A stretch of DNA of 62,879 bases, counting the filler. It is 5 parts of 5 records of this genome, joined end to end, with 100 filler letters (N's around TTAATTAATTAA, not from the genome) between each part and the next. Parts side by side here need not be neighbours in the genome. Positions count along the whole stretch, not along the records: positions 45,960 to 54,096 come from SRR31156797_7736; positions 54,197 to 62,879 come from SRR31156797_7738; 3 more parts are not named here. One strand, written 5' to 3'. Below the pieces are notes generated by a model. That model had not been told where the DNA came from and made no database searches. It saw only the letters and a program-made list of their open reading frames with translations. A program made the translations under genes and the position numbers. Of the stretch, positions 48,221 to 58,612 are shown piece by piece. Each line of letters starts with the position of its first letter. The first letter of the stretch is position 1.

Positions 48221-49567
48221 ATGGGTATGTTTAGCGTTCCAAATGGTGTGTCTGTTGAGAGTGAATGGCACAATATAAAAAATGTGAAATTTTTACATGA
48301 TTTGACATATATAAGAGATGATGGTGCATGGGTTCAGGAGCAAGAGATATTCGATGAAGTAATAGAAGTAATCAAACAGGCAGAACAGTTCATAGTTCTG
48401 GATATGTTTTTAATAAATGATGAATATGATAGATCGAAGGAGTTTCCTGCTCTTTCAGAGAGATTGGTTAATGCGCTTATTGACAAGAAAAGGAGTTCAA
48501 ATATTCCTATTTTTGTTACAAGTGATGAATTGAATACTTGCTATGGTGTATATAGAGCTGAAATGCTGGAAAAGCTTAAAGGGAATGGAATTCAGGTTAC
48601 AATGACAGACATGACTAAAATGCCTGATTCTAACTTTATATATTCTCTATTTTGGCGAGTAGTTCTTAAATGGTTTGGTACGGCAGGTAAAGGCTGGTTA
48701 CCAAATCCAATAAGTCCTGACTCACCACAATTAACTTTAAGAGGATATTTTAAATTAATAAATTTTAAAGCTAATCATAGAAAAGTAGTAATTAATGAAA
48801 AGTTTGGTGTAGTAAGCTCAGCTAACCCGCATGATGAAAGTTATTACAATAGTAATATCGCGTTTAGAGTCGAGGGAGATATCCTGAGAGATATATTTAA
48901 TACAGAAAAAGCAATAGTTGAATTTTCAGGTAACAGGATAGACTATGTACCAAGATTTGAACCTGCTGAATCAGGTGATGTAAAAGTAAAATTAATAACT
49001 GAAGGTAAAACAAGAAATAATCTACTGTATGAAATTGTTACTTCTAATCTGGGAGATGAGATTAAGATAGGTTGTTTTTATCTTGCTCACAGAAAGATTA
49101 TAAAGGAGTTAATCGAAGCTTCGAAACGTGGTGTGAAAGTTAAAATAATAGCTGATCAATGTAAGGATAGTTTTGGAAGACCAAGATCGGGAATTCCAAA
49201 TGTTCCTGCTGCATATGAGCTATTAGAAAAATCAAATGGAAAAGTAGAAGTTAAATGGTTTAATACAAAAATAGAGCAGTTTCATTCGAAAATCTTGATT
49301 AAGAACACAGCTCATTCTACAACTATAATTGGAGGTTCGGCAAACTTAAGCAGAAGGAATCTGGATGACCTGAATTTGGAAGAGAATGTAAAAATTCAAG
49401 TGAATATAGCTCATTCTTTATCACATGAAATAAACGATTATTATGAGAAAATGTGGGAAAATAGAGATGCTGTTTATACTTTAGACATAGATAGAAGTAG
49501 GAAAATAAAATTATCTATGAAATTAATGTACCTGTTTCAAGAGTATACAGGTATGAGTACTTTCTAA
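48221..49567 (+). CDS. Phospholipase D family protein
   Basis: Two HxK motifs (NHRKVVINE...SSANPH; FHSKILIKN...GGSANLS). Confidence 0.85.
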   Translation: MGMFSVPNGVSVESEWHNIKNVKFLHDLTYIRDDGAWVQEQEIFDEVIEVIKQAEQFIVLDMFLINDEYDRSKEFPALSERLVNALIDKKRSSNIPIFVTSDELNTCYGVYRAEMLEKLKGNGIQVTMTDMTKMPDSNFIYSLFWRVVLKWFGTAGKGWLPNPISPDSPQLTLRGYFKLINFKANHRKVVINEKFGVVSSANPHDESYYNSNIAFRVEGDILRDIFNTEKAIVEFSGNRIDYVPRFEPAESGDVKVKLITEGKTRNNLLYEIVTSNLGDEIKIGCFYLAHRKIIKELIEASKRGVKVKIIADQCKDSFGRPRSGIPNVPAAYELLEKSNGKVEVKWFNTKIEQFHSKILIKNTAHSTTIIGGSANLSRRNLDDLNLEENVKIQVNIAHSLSHEINDYYEKMWENRDAVYTLDIDRSRKIKLSMKLMYLFQEYTGMSTF

Positions 49568-49598
49568 TAAATTAATAAATCTAGAAAAATTTAAATAT

Positions 49599-49627
49599 AA
49601 AAAAAGACCTCGTCCCCAACGAGGTCT
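49599..49627. terminator. Terminator hairpin between convergent genes
   Basis: AGACCTCGT-CCCCA-ACGAGGTCT with an A run on the left and a T-rich run on the right. Confidence 0.65.
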
Positions 49628-49662
49628 GGTATTTTTTTGAAGTTAAACTGTAGTTAACAAAC

Positions 49663-49698
49663 AAAAAAAGTAAGATTCGGATAACCGAATCTTACTTT
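49663..49698 (-). terminator. Hairpin overlapping the stop codon of the 68-aa gene
   Basis: AAAGTAAGATTCGG-ATAA-CCGAATCTTACTTT, a 14-bp perfect stem with a U-tract on the minus strand. Confidence 0.6.
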
Positions 49699-49898
49699 AG
49701 GCTGAAAATTAAACTTTTTCCGTTTTTCTTAGTATCAATTTTCTCTTCTTTAAAAAGCCACCCTAAGCTAAGAAGAATATCTTCTTTTTTTAATTGAGTT
49801 TGTCTTTCTAAAGCCGATAAACTGATATTTGGATTAGTTTGTAAAGTTGCCCAAACTTTACCTGCATTTTCCCCAATGACACCTGTTGAATATCTCAT
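49692..49898 (-). CDS. Small winged-helix protein (DUF2582-like)
   Basis: IGENAGKVW..L...LGWL.KE.KI pattern; GAGGT RBS. Confidence 0.8.
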   Translation of the reverse strand: MRYSTGVIGENAGKVWATLQTNPNISLSALERQTQLKKEDILLSLGWLFKEEKIDTKKNGKSLIFSLK

Positions 49899-50028
49899 AA
49901 TCTACCACCTCAAACTATATTTTTCTCTCTAAAGTAATACTAACTCGAAATATAAAGTTTGTCAAATGATTTTTTGTTAATCACTTTTTGACTAGACTAT
50001 TATTGAAAACCATATGATTAGAGATGGA

Positions 50029-51717
50029 TTATATAGATTTTGTCAAGTGTTCAAGTAGGCTTGACACATCCATTGGTCGGGCCTTAAGGTAACCTTGCAT
50101 AGAGTCAGCACCAAGTTCCCTTAATTTCTTCAGCTCACTCTCCGTTTCCACACCTTCACAGATTACATTCATGTCAAAATGCTTAGCCATAGAAATTACT
50201 GCGCTAACAATTGCCTGGTTACTTTTATTAACATCGATATTTTGTATGAAAGATAAATCAATTTTTAGATTATCGATTGGGAACTCATTTAAATATTGTA
50301 AAGAGGAGTAGCCGGTACCGAAATCATCAATTGATATTTTAAATCCAATTTGTCTTAACTCTTCTAACATATACTGAGTAACCGCAACATTATCGATAAA
50401 CATTGATTCCGTAATCTCAAAACAAATATCTTTTGGATCAATGTCATATAATAAAACAGCTTCTTTTAAGAAATCAAGAAGCTCATAATTTTTGAATTGC
50501 AATGGAGATAAATTTATCGATATTGGGACAGTCTTTATTCCTTTATTTTGCCACTCTTTCATATATTGAAAAACTCTTTTAATTAGAGTTTTTTCCACTT
50601 CGATTATAAAATATGTTTTTTCAAGAACCGGAATAAATTTAACTGGCGGGATCATGCCGTGTGATTTAGTATTCAATCTAAGTAATGTTTCAGCACCAAT
50701 TATTTCACCGGTTTCTATAGAATAATATGGTTGGAAGAACGGGATAAACTCATCGTTTTTATATGCATTAAATATAAGTGAGTTTAGTTGAAATTCGTCA
50801 TTTAGTTTATTCATCAGTGATTCATCATAGATCAAGAACTCATCAATATTACTGTATTTAAGTGCCAGTTCTGATTTGTTAAACAGGTCAAGCAGAGCTA
50901 TCTCCTCTCCGTCGTATGTACAGATACCTATTTTAACACTTTCTTTGATAAAATGCTCTTCTACTTTAATTGGAGAGCCAAAGAATTTTATAATATTCTT
51001 GGCTTTATTCTCTATATCAATTTGATCAGGAGATTGCTTGTAAAATACGACAAAATGGTGTGTTCCGATAATTGCAATTTTAGAATCTTTCCCAAAGACA
51101 CTTTTTAGTTTAGTAAATAATAAGTCGTGAAATTTTCCGATTGATTCAGAATGAATATCATGATTTAAAATATTTATATTAAATAATGAAAATTTTGATT
51201 CCGCATGAAAAATAATATGTTTCTCGATCTCTTTACCAAGATGATCCATTGAAGCGAATTTTCCTGTTGAAAATTTTGAGTTAAGAGCTGCAATGTCATA
51301 ATTTTCGAAAAAATTCTCAGAAATATAATCAATAGCTAATCTGAAATCTTCATTATTTTCGTCAGTGAAATCAAAAGAAATAGTATATATATTGAAGCTT
51401 TCCCCGTTTTTATTTTTAACACTATAGGGAACAGGATGTTTATAAAAAGTTGATCTTTTCTTAAATGAGTTATAGAAGTATTCCTGAGCGTGAATTCTCT
51501 TTTCGTGATACTCATCATAATAGTCTTTTGCAAATAGCATAGTGAAATGATTACCTAAAAGTTCACCGGGGGTGTAGTCGTAAAGTTCGCAATATAGCTT
51601 GTTTACTTCGGTAAAATAACCGTCTCTATTTATTATAGAATAAGGAAGATTAAGTATTCGAAGAAAATCCGTTAGTTGTTTTTTGTTGATCATATTAATC
51701 ACTCCACATGAATACAA
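50029..51717 (-). CDS. PAS + degenerate GGDEF + EAL c-di-GMP phosphodiesterase
   Basis: N-terminal PAS; GGDEF position reads GTHHF; EAL domain has AETLLR, EITES, DDFGTGYSS, KID, EGVE, QGY. Confidence 0.9.
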   Translation of the reverse strand: MYSCGVINMINKKQLTDFLRILNLPYSIINRDGYFTEVNKLYCELYDYTPGELLGNHFTMLFAKDYYDEYHEKRIHAQEYFYNSFKKRSTFYKHPVPYSVKNKNGESFNIYTISFDFTDENNEDFRLAIDYISENFFENYDIAALNSKFSTGKFASMDHLGKEIEKHIIFHAESKFSLFNINILNHDIHSESIGKFHDLLFTKLKSVFGKDSKIAIIGTHHFVVFYKQSPDQIDIENKAKNIIKFFGSPIKVEEHFIKESVKIGICTYDGEEIALLDLFNKSELALKYSNIDEFLIYDESLMNKLNDEFQLNSLIFNAYKNDEFIPFFQPYYSIETGEIIGAETLLRLNTKSHGMIPPVKFIPVLEKTYFIIEVEKTLIKRVFQYMKEWQNKGIKTVPISINLSPLQFKNYELLDFLKEAVLLYDIDPKDICFEITESMFIDNVAVTQYMLEELRQIGFKISIDDFGTGYSSLQYLNEFPIDNLKIDLSFIQNIDVNKSNQAIVSAVISMAKHFDMNVICEGVETESELKKLRELGADSMQGYLKARPMDVSSLLEHLTKSI

Positions 51718-51846
51718 TTGTTGTTGATTTAATTAAGTAAGTATATACAAGTCATTCTGATATTAATGATATAACTTTTAGTCAAAAAAATCAATGAATT
51801 TTTCCTGTATGCTTCTACTTTAAAGAGATAGGAGAGGAAAAAGTGT

Positions 51847-52659
51847 TTATTGAATCTCTAATAGTTTTCTTTTGTTTTTTTCCAGAAAATTTATGGCATA
51901 TAAAAGTTCCGATTTTTTTGAATCGTCTATTCTGTGTAAAAGTCCATTTGACGCAAATAAAGAGATATTTGAATACAAAATACTTAAATCATTGCAATAC
52001 CCAAATCTATCTTGAATGTTTTTAAGCAAAGTCCCTTTTGAATTTTTAGTATTAAAAATATTACTTTTAAATTCTAGAAAATATCGATATTTTTTTATTT
52101 GTATTCGTGTTTTATGAAAATATTCTGAGTCTTTTTCTAATTTGCTAATAGATTTTCTATTCTTTTTAATTAAAAGTTTCTCAAAGTCATCTATCTTTTT
52201 TTCAATAGTTTTCCTTTTTAAATAACTATTAGATAGGATTAGCAGCAAATTTTCATTAATATTAGATATTTTTTTACTATTAACTATTTCAGAAGTGTTA
52301 ATAGTAAAAGTTTTTTTTAATGATTTAATATAGGTCATAAATTCTTTTTGATACTCTTTTGAGAACTCACCTGCTAATTTATAAGCTAATTCTATCTGAA
52401 CTTCATTGTCTCTTGATGCTGATAATGATTTAAATAATTTCTTATAGATAAAGAGATATTTAAGTAATTGTTTTTTAGTTTTCTCTTTTTTCTCAATATA
52501 GATTAGAAACTCTATGATAGTATTTATTTTACGTAGTGAAACTCTTAGATCGTGTAAAAGCTCCTCTTCGTTAACTCCGCTTAGGAGTTTTTTATAACTT
52601 GCATCAATAAAAGAAATCAACTCTTTCGAATATGCTATAAAATTTTTTTTATGTTTCAT
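51847..52659 (-). CDS. CHAD-domain (polyphosphate-binding) protein
   Basis: LHDLRVSLRK, RDNEV, FHKTRIQIKKYRY, QDRFG..ND. Confidence 0.85.
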   Translation of the reverse strand: MKHKKNFIAYSKELISFIDASYKKLLSGVNEEELLHDLRVSLRKINTIIEFLIYIEKKEKTKKQLLKYLFIYKKLFKSLSASRDNEVQIELAYKLAGEFSKEYQKEFMTYIKSLKKTFTINTSEIVNSKKISNINENLLLILSNSYLKRKTIEKKIDDFEKLLIKKNRKSISKLEKDSEYFHKTRIQIKKYRYFLEFKSNIFNTKNSKGTLLKNIQDRFGYCNDLSILYSNISLFASNGLLHRIDDSKKSELLYAINFLEKNKRKLLEIQ

Positions 52660-52823
52660 CCCTTTTCACCCTTCCCTAAAAAAATCTCAATTATTTTTTT
52701 AAAACTCTTTTTTAAATTACTATTACAAAATACAACTCATATTAAAATTATAGACCACTAAATTAATAAATTCAACGGATGTAACTCAATATAATTCTTT
52801 ATAAAATTAATAAAGAATATAAC

Positions 52824-52852
52824 TTGACAAAAGAATAAAAATTATGTATAAT
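52824..52852 (+). promoter_or_regulatory. Consensus sigma70 promoter
   Basis: TTGACA-17 bp-TATAAT. Confidence 0.85.
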
Positions 52853-52900
52853 CATTTACAGTTAGAGAACAGCAGTTCGCTAATAACAATTAAATAATTA

Positions 52901-53006
52901 TCTTATCAAGAGAAGTTGAGGGACTGGCCCTTTGAAACTTCAGCAACCTGTTTAAGTTTAACTTAAACGTGGTGCTAATTCCAGCGAAATTTTCGTATAG
53001 ATGAGA
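52901..53006 (+). ncRNA. SAM-I (S-box) riboswitch
   Basis: CTTATCAAGAG..GAGGGACTGGCCC..GAAAC..CAGCAACC..GGTGCTAATTCC..AGATGAG upstream of metN. Confidence 0.95.
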
Positions 53007-53029
53007 ACAGATCAATATTTGTTTAACTC

Positions 53030-53061
53030 GCCTCTTCGATTATTTCGACAGAGGCTTTTTT
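53030..53061 (+). terminator. Riboswitch expression-platform terminator
   Basis: GCCTCT..TCGA..TCGA..AGAGGC followed by TTTTTT. Confidence 0.8.
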
Positions 53062-53202
53062 ATTTCAAAAATTAAGAGCTTCAAAAAATTAAATTTATAA
53101 TAGAAATCTTATTTGTAGTGAAATATTAGATAAAAATTTTGATATTCAAAAAATTTGAAAATATAAATAATGGTAGAAAATTTTAGAAAGAGAGGAACAA
53201 TA

Positions 53203-54096
53203 GTGATAGAGATTAAAGGTCTTAATAAAATCTACACAAATGGAAGTCTTCAGGTACAGGCTGTAAAAGATGTTAATTTAAGTATAGCCAAAAATGATAT
53301 CTATGGAATAATGGGACTAAGTGGAGCTGGTAAATCTACTTTGATCAGATTATTAAATAGGTTAGAGGAACCTACAACTGGAGAAATTATAATCAACGGT
53401 GAAGATATAGTTGATTATAACAAAACAGAATTAAGAAATTTTAGGAAAAAAACAGGAATGATTTTTCAGCATTTTAATTTACTTGAGTCAAGAGATGTAA
53501 AAGGAAATGTAGCTTTTGCACTTGAAATAACAGGTTGGAAAAAAAACAGTATAAAATCAAGAGTTGAAGAGTTACTAGATTTGGTTGGCCTAACTGAAAA
53601 AGCAGATTTTTTTCCGGGACAATTAAGCGGAGGGCAAAAACAGAGAGTGGCTATAGCCAGAGCATTAGCGAATAATCCTGATATTTTATTATCTGACGAA
53701 GCAACCAGTGCGTTAGATCCCAGAACAACGAAATCAATTTTAGATTTACTTGAAGATATCCAGAAAAAATTAGGTTTAACAATAATTTTGATCACTCATC
53801 AGATGGAAGTAATAAGAAGTGTGTGTAATAGAGCAGCAATAATGGAAAATGGTGAAGTGATTGAAGAGGGAACAACAGCAGAAATTTTCTCAAATCCAAA
53901 AACTCCAACAGCAAAGGAGTTTGTGAGTCATTTAATTCCGGAAGAAAAAACAGAAGTTGAAATCTGCAAAACAGCAGGTAAAAAGATAATTAAAATAGCA
54001 TATGTTGGCGAAAGTACTGAAAAACCTTTAATATCAAAATTAGTACGAGAGTATGATTTGGATATTAACCTATTAGGTGGAAGTATAGATAAATTA
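53203..54096 (+). CDS. metN: Methionine ABC transporter ATP-binding protein (3' partial)
   Basis: [40 protein letters not shown]-like domain; GTG 53203 after GAGGA. Confidence 0.93.
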
Positions 54097-54196
54097 NNNN
54101 NNNNNNNNNNNNNNNNNNNNNNNNNNNNNNNNNNNNNNNNTTAATTAATTAANNNNNNNNNNNNNNNNNNNNNNNNNNNNNNNNNNNNNNNNNNNN
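54097..54196. other. Artificial contig spacer
   Basis: N-run with TTAATTAATTAA. Confidence 0.98.
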
Positions 54197-55399
54197 ATCT
54201 TCATGGAAACCATATCTCCAATATGCACCTGCATAGTAGGTGTTATTTTTGCCACTTATTAGGTGGTGTTTCTCTTGTGCTTCTATTGCTCTTAAATCAA
54301 ATTGTGGGTGAGAGTATTCTATTTTTTCTATAACTTCATCTAGTTTTGAAGTCTCATTTAGTGATACAAAATACTCTTTTTTTGCATCTAGATTTTGGAG
54401 TAAATTAATCCAATAAGATAAAGTTACATCTCCATTTTCATCTTCACTTTTATAGTTCCAAGCTGCATAGGCTTTTTTGTCTGGATATAATGCTTTTTTG
54501 TCATTGTGTAATACTGCTTGGTTTTCTTTATAAGTAAAACAAGAAAGTACCTCCATCTCATCTAAAGTTGGTTTTTCAAGTAACTCTAAAGCATCAGGTG
54601 CATGCATTGCAAAAACCACTTTATCATATACTTTTTTTGTGCCATCTTTTTTATGAATAGTTACTTTATCTTCACTTCTTTCAACTTTTAAAATATCTGC
54701 TTCAAGAAAAATTTTGCCTGAGATATTTTCTGCAATCTTTTTTACATAGTTTATAGAACCACCGCTAACAGTTAGCCATTGGTGGTGCGTATCAACTCCT
54801 AAAAGTCCATGGTTTTTAAAAAAAGTCAAAAATGTTCTAGCTGGAAACTCATTCATCTTTTTTGTGGGAGTTGACCAAATAGAAGCACCCATTGGTATGA
54901 TATATCTTTGTTTGAAGTAATCAGAAAACTCTTCTAAATACTCTTTTAGAGTTTTATCCAAATCTTTTGAGTTGTTTTCCAAGTCTTGATTTGCTTTTTT
55001 ATTAAACTTTATAATATCTCTAATCATCACATAATGACTTATATTAAAAAGATTTTTCTTTTGTACAAACATCCCTTTTAAAGATTGTCCGTTGTAAGCT
55101 ATATCTGAACTTTTATCCCAAAAAGCAAAACTCATATCACTGTTTTCTATTTTTACATCAAGTTCTTTAAAAAGTTTTGTAAGTAAAGGATAGGTTTCGT
55201 GATTGAAAACTAAAAAACCTGTATCAACACCAAATTCTTTATTATCTTCTTCTACATAAGTTGTTCTAGCATGACCACCGAGTCTGTTTTCCTTTTCATA
55301 TAAATCTACGCTATGTTTTTTACTTAGTAAGTAAGCAGTACCCAAGCCACTAATTCCAGCTCCAAGAACTGCTATTTTAAGTTTTCTTTCTGTTTTCAT
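54197..55399 (-). CDS. FAD-dependent oxidoreductase of cfa/ufa-type clusters (3' partial)
   Basis: GAGISG, RLGGHA, VDTGFLVFN..TYP, SDMSF, NHGLL, AAWNY, YSHP, GFHED. Confidence 0.88.
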
Positions 55400-55935
55400 T
55401 TGTATTTTCCATCTTTATTTTGAGGTGTAAATATCAGTTTTGAAGTGTCAACATACTTATCTAAAAACAACAAAATAGAATCAAGCTTTTCTTTACTAAT
55501 AAAAGGCTCTCTATTCATAATCCATAGATTTTCCATATTTTCATCACTCATTACAGCAGTTTTGTAATCATCTAAATAAATCACTCTATAATCTTTGCTA
55601 AATATCCAAAAATATGTTTTCTCTAATTGAGACATATTTTGTTCATATAAAGCTTTTGCTGTACCGTTATAAGTTATAAGTTTGCCTTCAAAAGTTTTTT
55701 CAAAACATCTATTTGTTACATCGTATTTAAACTCATCTATTAGTTTATACTCAACAGATGCACCAACACAGTTCTTTTCAAAAGAGTTGTAAGTTCTTGC
55801 TATTTCATACCAAAGACCACTAAAACTCTTAGGGTTTACATAAGTTACAGGAGGAGGGGCTTTTGTATAATTTGCCCATGAAAAGCTTATTGAAGTAAGT
55901 AATAAAATAAAAGCTAAAGTTAGACAAACTCTCAC
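55396..55935 (-). CDS. Bacterial lipocalin (Blc-like)
   Basis: Signal peptide, GLWYEIAR, Y.V.NRC, LWIMNR. Confidence 0.88.
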   Translation of the reverse strand: MRVCLTLAFILLLTSISFSWANYTKAPPPVTYVNPKSFSGLWYEIARTYNSFEKNCVGASVEYKLIDEFKYDVTNRCFEKTFEGKLITYNGTAKALYEQNMSQLEKTYFWIFSKDYRVIYLDDYKTAVMSDENMENLWIMNREPFISKEKLDSILLFLDKYVDTSKLIFTPQNKDGKYK

Positions 55936-56013
55936 ATCACCCTCCTATTTTTATTTTAATTTTATATTTATATAGGTCTTTTTGTATGTAAAATATGTCA
56001 TTTAATAAATTTT

Positions 56014-57252
56014 TTAATTTTCTTCATTGTACATAAAAATAATAAATATTGATATAAATTTTAAAACTACTGGTACTAAACCATATAGTAAAGTAATAGT
56101 TAACAATGAAGTTGCTGTAAGGTTTTGTTTATCAAAGTCAACTAAACCTAGTATCCCAAAGCTAATAGCAATAGATAAAGCAAGTGATATTTTAGTAATC
56201 ATAGTCCATATCCCAAACACAAGCCCTGAAATATTGTCATTTATGGTTTTTATTTTTTGAGTTAAATCAGCTTGAATAGCAGTTGGAAATGCAATATCAG
56301 CTCCAAGTGAAAGTCCTGAAACTATAGAAATAACTGCAAAAAGCAAAAGGTCATTTTCTTCTAAAAAAACTACAAATATAAAAGAGCATGAAGCTAATAA
56401 TATAGATGCAATCCAAACATTTTTTTTGCCAATTTTTTTAGATAATAAAGTCCATAATGGAAGTGCTAAAACACCTGATAAAAAATATAAAATCAAAACT
56501 TCAGATGAGTTTTCCTCTTTTTTTATAACAGTTTCAATAAAAAGCAAAAATAGTGTTGCTGGTATTGCATTTGCAAGGTTATTGAAAAAATATCCCAATT
56601 GCAAGGTTTTTAGTTGAGGGATTTTTTTATAAACCTCTTTTATATCATTTAGATTAAAGGAGTTATTTAAAGCTTTTTGTTGAGGAGTTATTTTTATCAT
56701 AGATATTAAAAAGAAAATAACAAATACAAAAAAGAATACTATAAAAAGTATATTTAGCTTATCTTCTATTTTATCAGAACTTGCAAAATATGGAGCAACT
56801 AAAGCTAAAAGAAGTCCTAAGATAGTTGATACTTCTCTAAAACTATTTAGTTTTGTTTTCTCATAATAGTTTGTGCTTAATTCAGAACTCCAAGTAAGGT
56901 ATGGAATACTTATCATACTCCAAGCAAAATATATCAAAACAGAAAAGAAAAACAACCAATAGCTTTTGTATTCTAAATTTGGATTTATAAGAAAATAAAA
57001 AGAAACTACAAGAAGAAAAGCCCCAACTATCATAAGAGGTTTTCTACTGCTGTATTTTTTAAGACATTTATCACTAAGAACTCCAAGTAAAGGGTCTGTA
57101 AATACATCGCTTATTCTTGCTATAAATAAGATTATTCCAACTAAGGCAATATCAATACCTACATTTGTTGCATAAAATGTAGGTAAATAGATATATAAAG
57201 GAAGCCCAATAGTTGCCAAAGGGAAAGCAAGTAAAGCGTAATAATATATCAT
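56014..57252 (-). CDS. MFS transporter (GPH/MelB-like)
   Basis: About 12 TM segments; PLYIYLP.FY, RISDVFTDPLLG, IPY, GADIAFP. Confidence 0.88.
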   Translation of the reverse strand: MIYYYALLAFPLATIGLPLYIYLPTFYATNVGIDIALVGIILFIARISDVFTDPLLGVLSDKCLKKYSSRKPLMIVGAFLLVVSFYFLINPNLEYKSYWLFFFSVLIYFAWSMISIPYLTWSSELSTNYYEKTKLNSFREVSTILGLLLALVAPYFASSDKIEDKLNILFIVFFFVFVIFFLISMIKITPQQKALNNSFNLNDIKEVYKKIPQLKTLQLGYFFNNLANAIPATLFLLFIETVIKKEENSSEVLILYFLSGVLALPLWTLLSKKIGKKNVWIASILLASCSFIFVVFLEENDLLLFAVISIVSGLSLGADIAFPTAIQADLTQKIKTINDNISGLVFGIWTMITKISLALSIAISFGILGLVDFDKQNLTATSLLTITLLYGLVPVVLKFISIFIIFMYNEEN

Positions 57253-57659
57253 GATTTAATCTTGTTTTTTACAAACTTGATAATACTTGATATAAAAGGG
57301 ATTTTTTCATAGATATTTTCCCCTGCATCCCAAAAATCTTCGTGTATGATTGCTTTGTTTTCTGCATTGAATATAACTCTACTAAGTCCTATAAAACTTT
57401 GTACCTCTTTTTGCTTTTTAAATGAAAAAGAAAACTCCCATCTAATATAAGAGATGTTTTTATCGGAAACTGTTTCAAGTATTTTGAACTTTGGATTGTC
57501 TAAGTTCTCATACATCTTTTGAAAGATTTTGAAAATCTCTACTATCCCTTCAACTTCGTGAAAAGGGTCTTTGAATTTAGCTTTCAAAGCAAATACTGTA
57601 GAAAACTCATGTATTGTTGTTTCTTTGTTTATGTTTTCAAAAAAGTTTGCATATTTCAT
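57249..57659 (-). CDS. SnoaL/NTF2-like protein
   Basis: FKDPFHEVEG...W.F...G.S....HEDFWD...YEKIP. Confidence 0.85.
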   Translation of the reverse strand: MKYANFFENINKETTIHEFSTVFALKAKFKDPFHEVEGIVEIFKIFQKMYENLDNPKFKILETVSDKNISYIRWEFSFSFKKQKEVQSFIGLSRVIFNAENKAIIHEDFWDAGENIYEKIPFISSIIKFVKNKIKS

Positions 57660-58414
57660 ATCATCTTCCTTGTAAAAGCAAGTGAGATTTTGTAAGGAAG
57701 ATAAGATAAAACTCTTAAAAATATACTAAGTTTAAAAGGAAATCTTATCTCAAAACTTTCATCTTTTTGTATACCTTCATAAATCTTTTTTGCTGTAAAT
57801 TGAGGTGTCATCAATTGTGGCATCTCAAAGTCATTTTTGGCTGTAAGTCTTGTCTTTACAAAACCATGGTTTACTACTTGTAGCGTGATGTTTTTGTTTT
57901 TTAGTTCTGGATGTATAGCTTGAGCTAGATTTAAAAGTGCAGCTTTAGGTGCAGAATATCCTCCACCTTTTGGTAGTCCAAAATATGTAGAAAGACTTAG
58001 ATTCCAAAGCCATCTTCCAAAACCTTGCTCTTGAAAATATGGCAAAACTCTAGTCATGATTTTTAAAACACCCAAATAGTTTACATCATTCATTTGTTTG
58101 AAGTGTTGGAAGTTCCAGTTGTCTATATCCATAACTTCATATGCTCCAGCATTGTAAAACCAAAGGTCAAGCCCTCTAAAACACTCCCAAGCCTCTTTTA
58201 CTTTTGAGTCTAGTTCTTCATCGTTGTTTACATCAAGGCTTACAAGTTTTAAGTTGGCTTTGTATTTGTTTTGTAGGTTTAGTAGTTCTTCGTTTTCTTG
58301 GGCAGTTCTAGAACTAGCAACTACAAAATGCCCCTCAGATAACAATATCTTCACTAACTCTAAACCAATACCACTACTACTTCCAACTATCCAAAATCTT
58401 TGTTGCTTTTCCAT
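57656..58414 (-). CDS. Short-chain dehydrogenase/reductase
   Basis: GSSSGIG, NAG, YSAPK catalytic motif, GFVKTRLT. Confidence 0.92.
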   Translation of the reverse strand: MEKQQRFWIVGSSSGIGLELVKILLSEGHFVVASSRTAQENEELLNLQNKYKANLKLVSLDVNNDEELDSKVKEAWECFRGLDLWFYNAGAYEVMDIDNWNFQHFKQMNDVNYLGVLKIMTRVLPYFQEQGFGRWLWNLSLSTYFGLPKGGGYSAPKAALLNLAQAIHPELKNKNITLQVVNHGFVKTRLTAKNDFEMPQLMTPQFTAKKIYEGIQKDESFEIRFPFKLSIFLRVLSYLPYKISLAFTRKMI

Positions 58415-58612
58415 TTTAGACTCTTTTTTTGTTTAACTATACTACTTTGAGGTTATATTTGTAGGAAATGATTGTTTTTTTATAAAATTGGAATTTTGTG
58501 ACAGTAAGTGTGACAAAACTTGCAAAAAATAGAATATTTATAATTAGTAATTATATTATTTAATCTTGCAAACTATATAATAATAGGATAAAACCACATT
58601 ATTAGGGCAATT

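Noticed and set aside
48221-49567. PLD as an anti-phage defence nuclease (DISARM DrmC-like)
   Set aside because: No helicase, methylase or other defence genes nearby
10389-51717. MshEN-CheA and the EAL protein as one c-di-GMP circuit
   Set aside because: They are on different contigs
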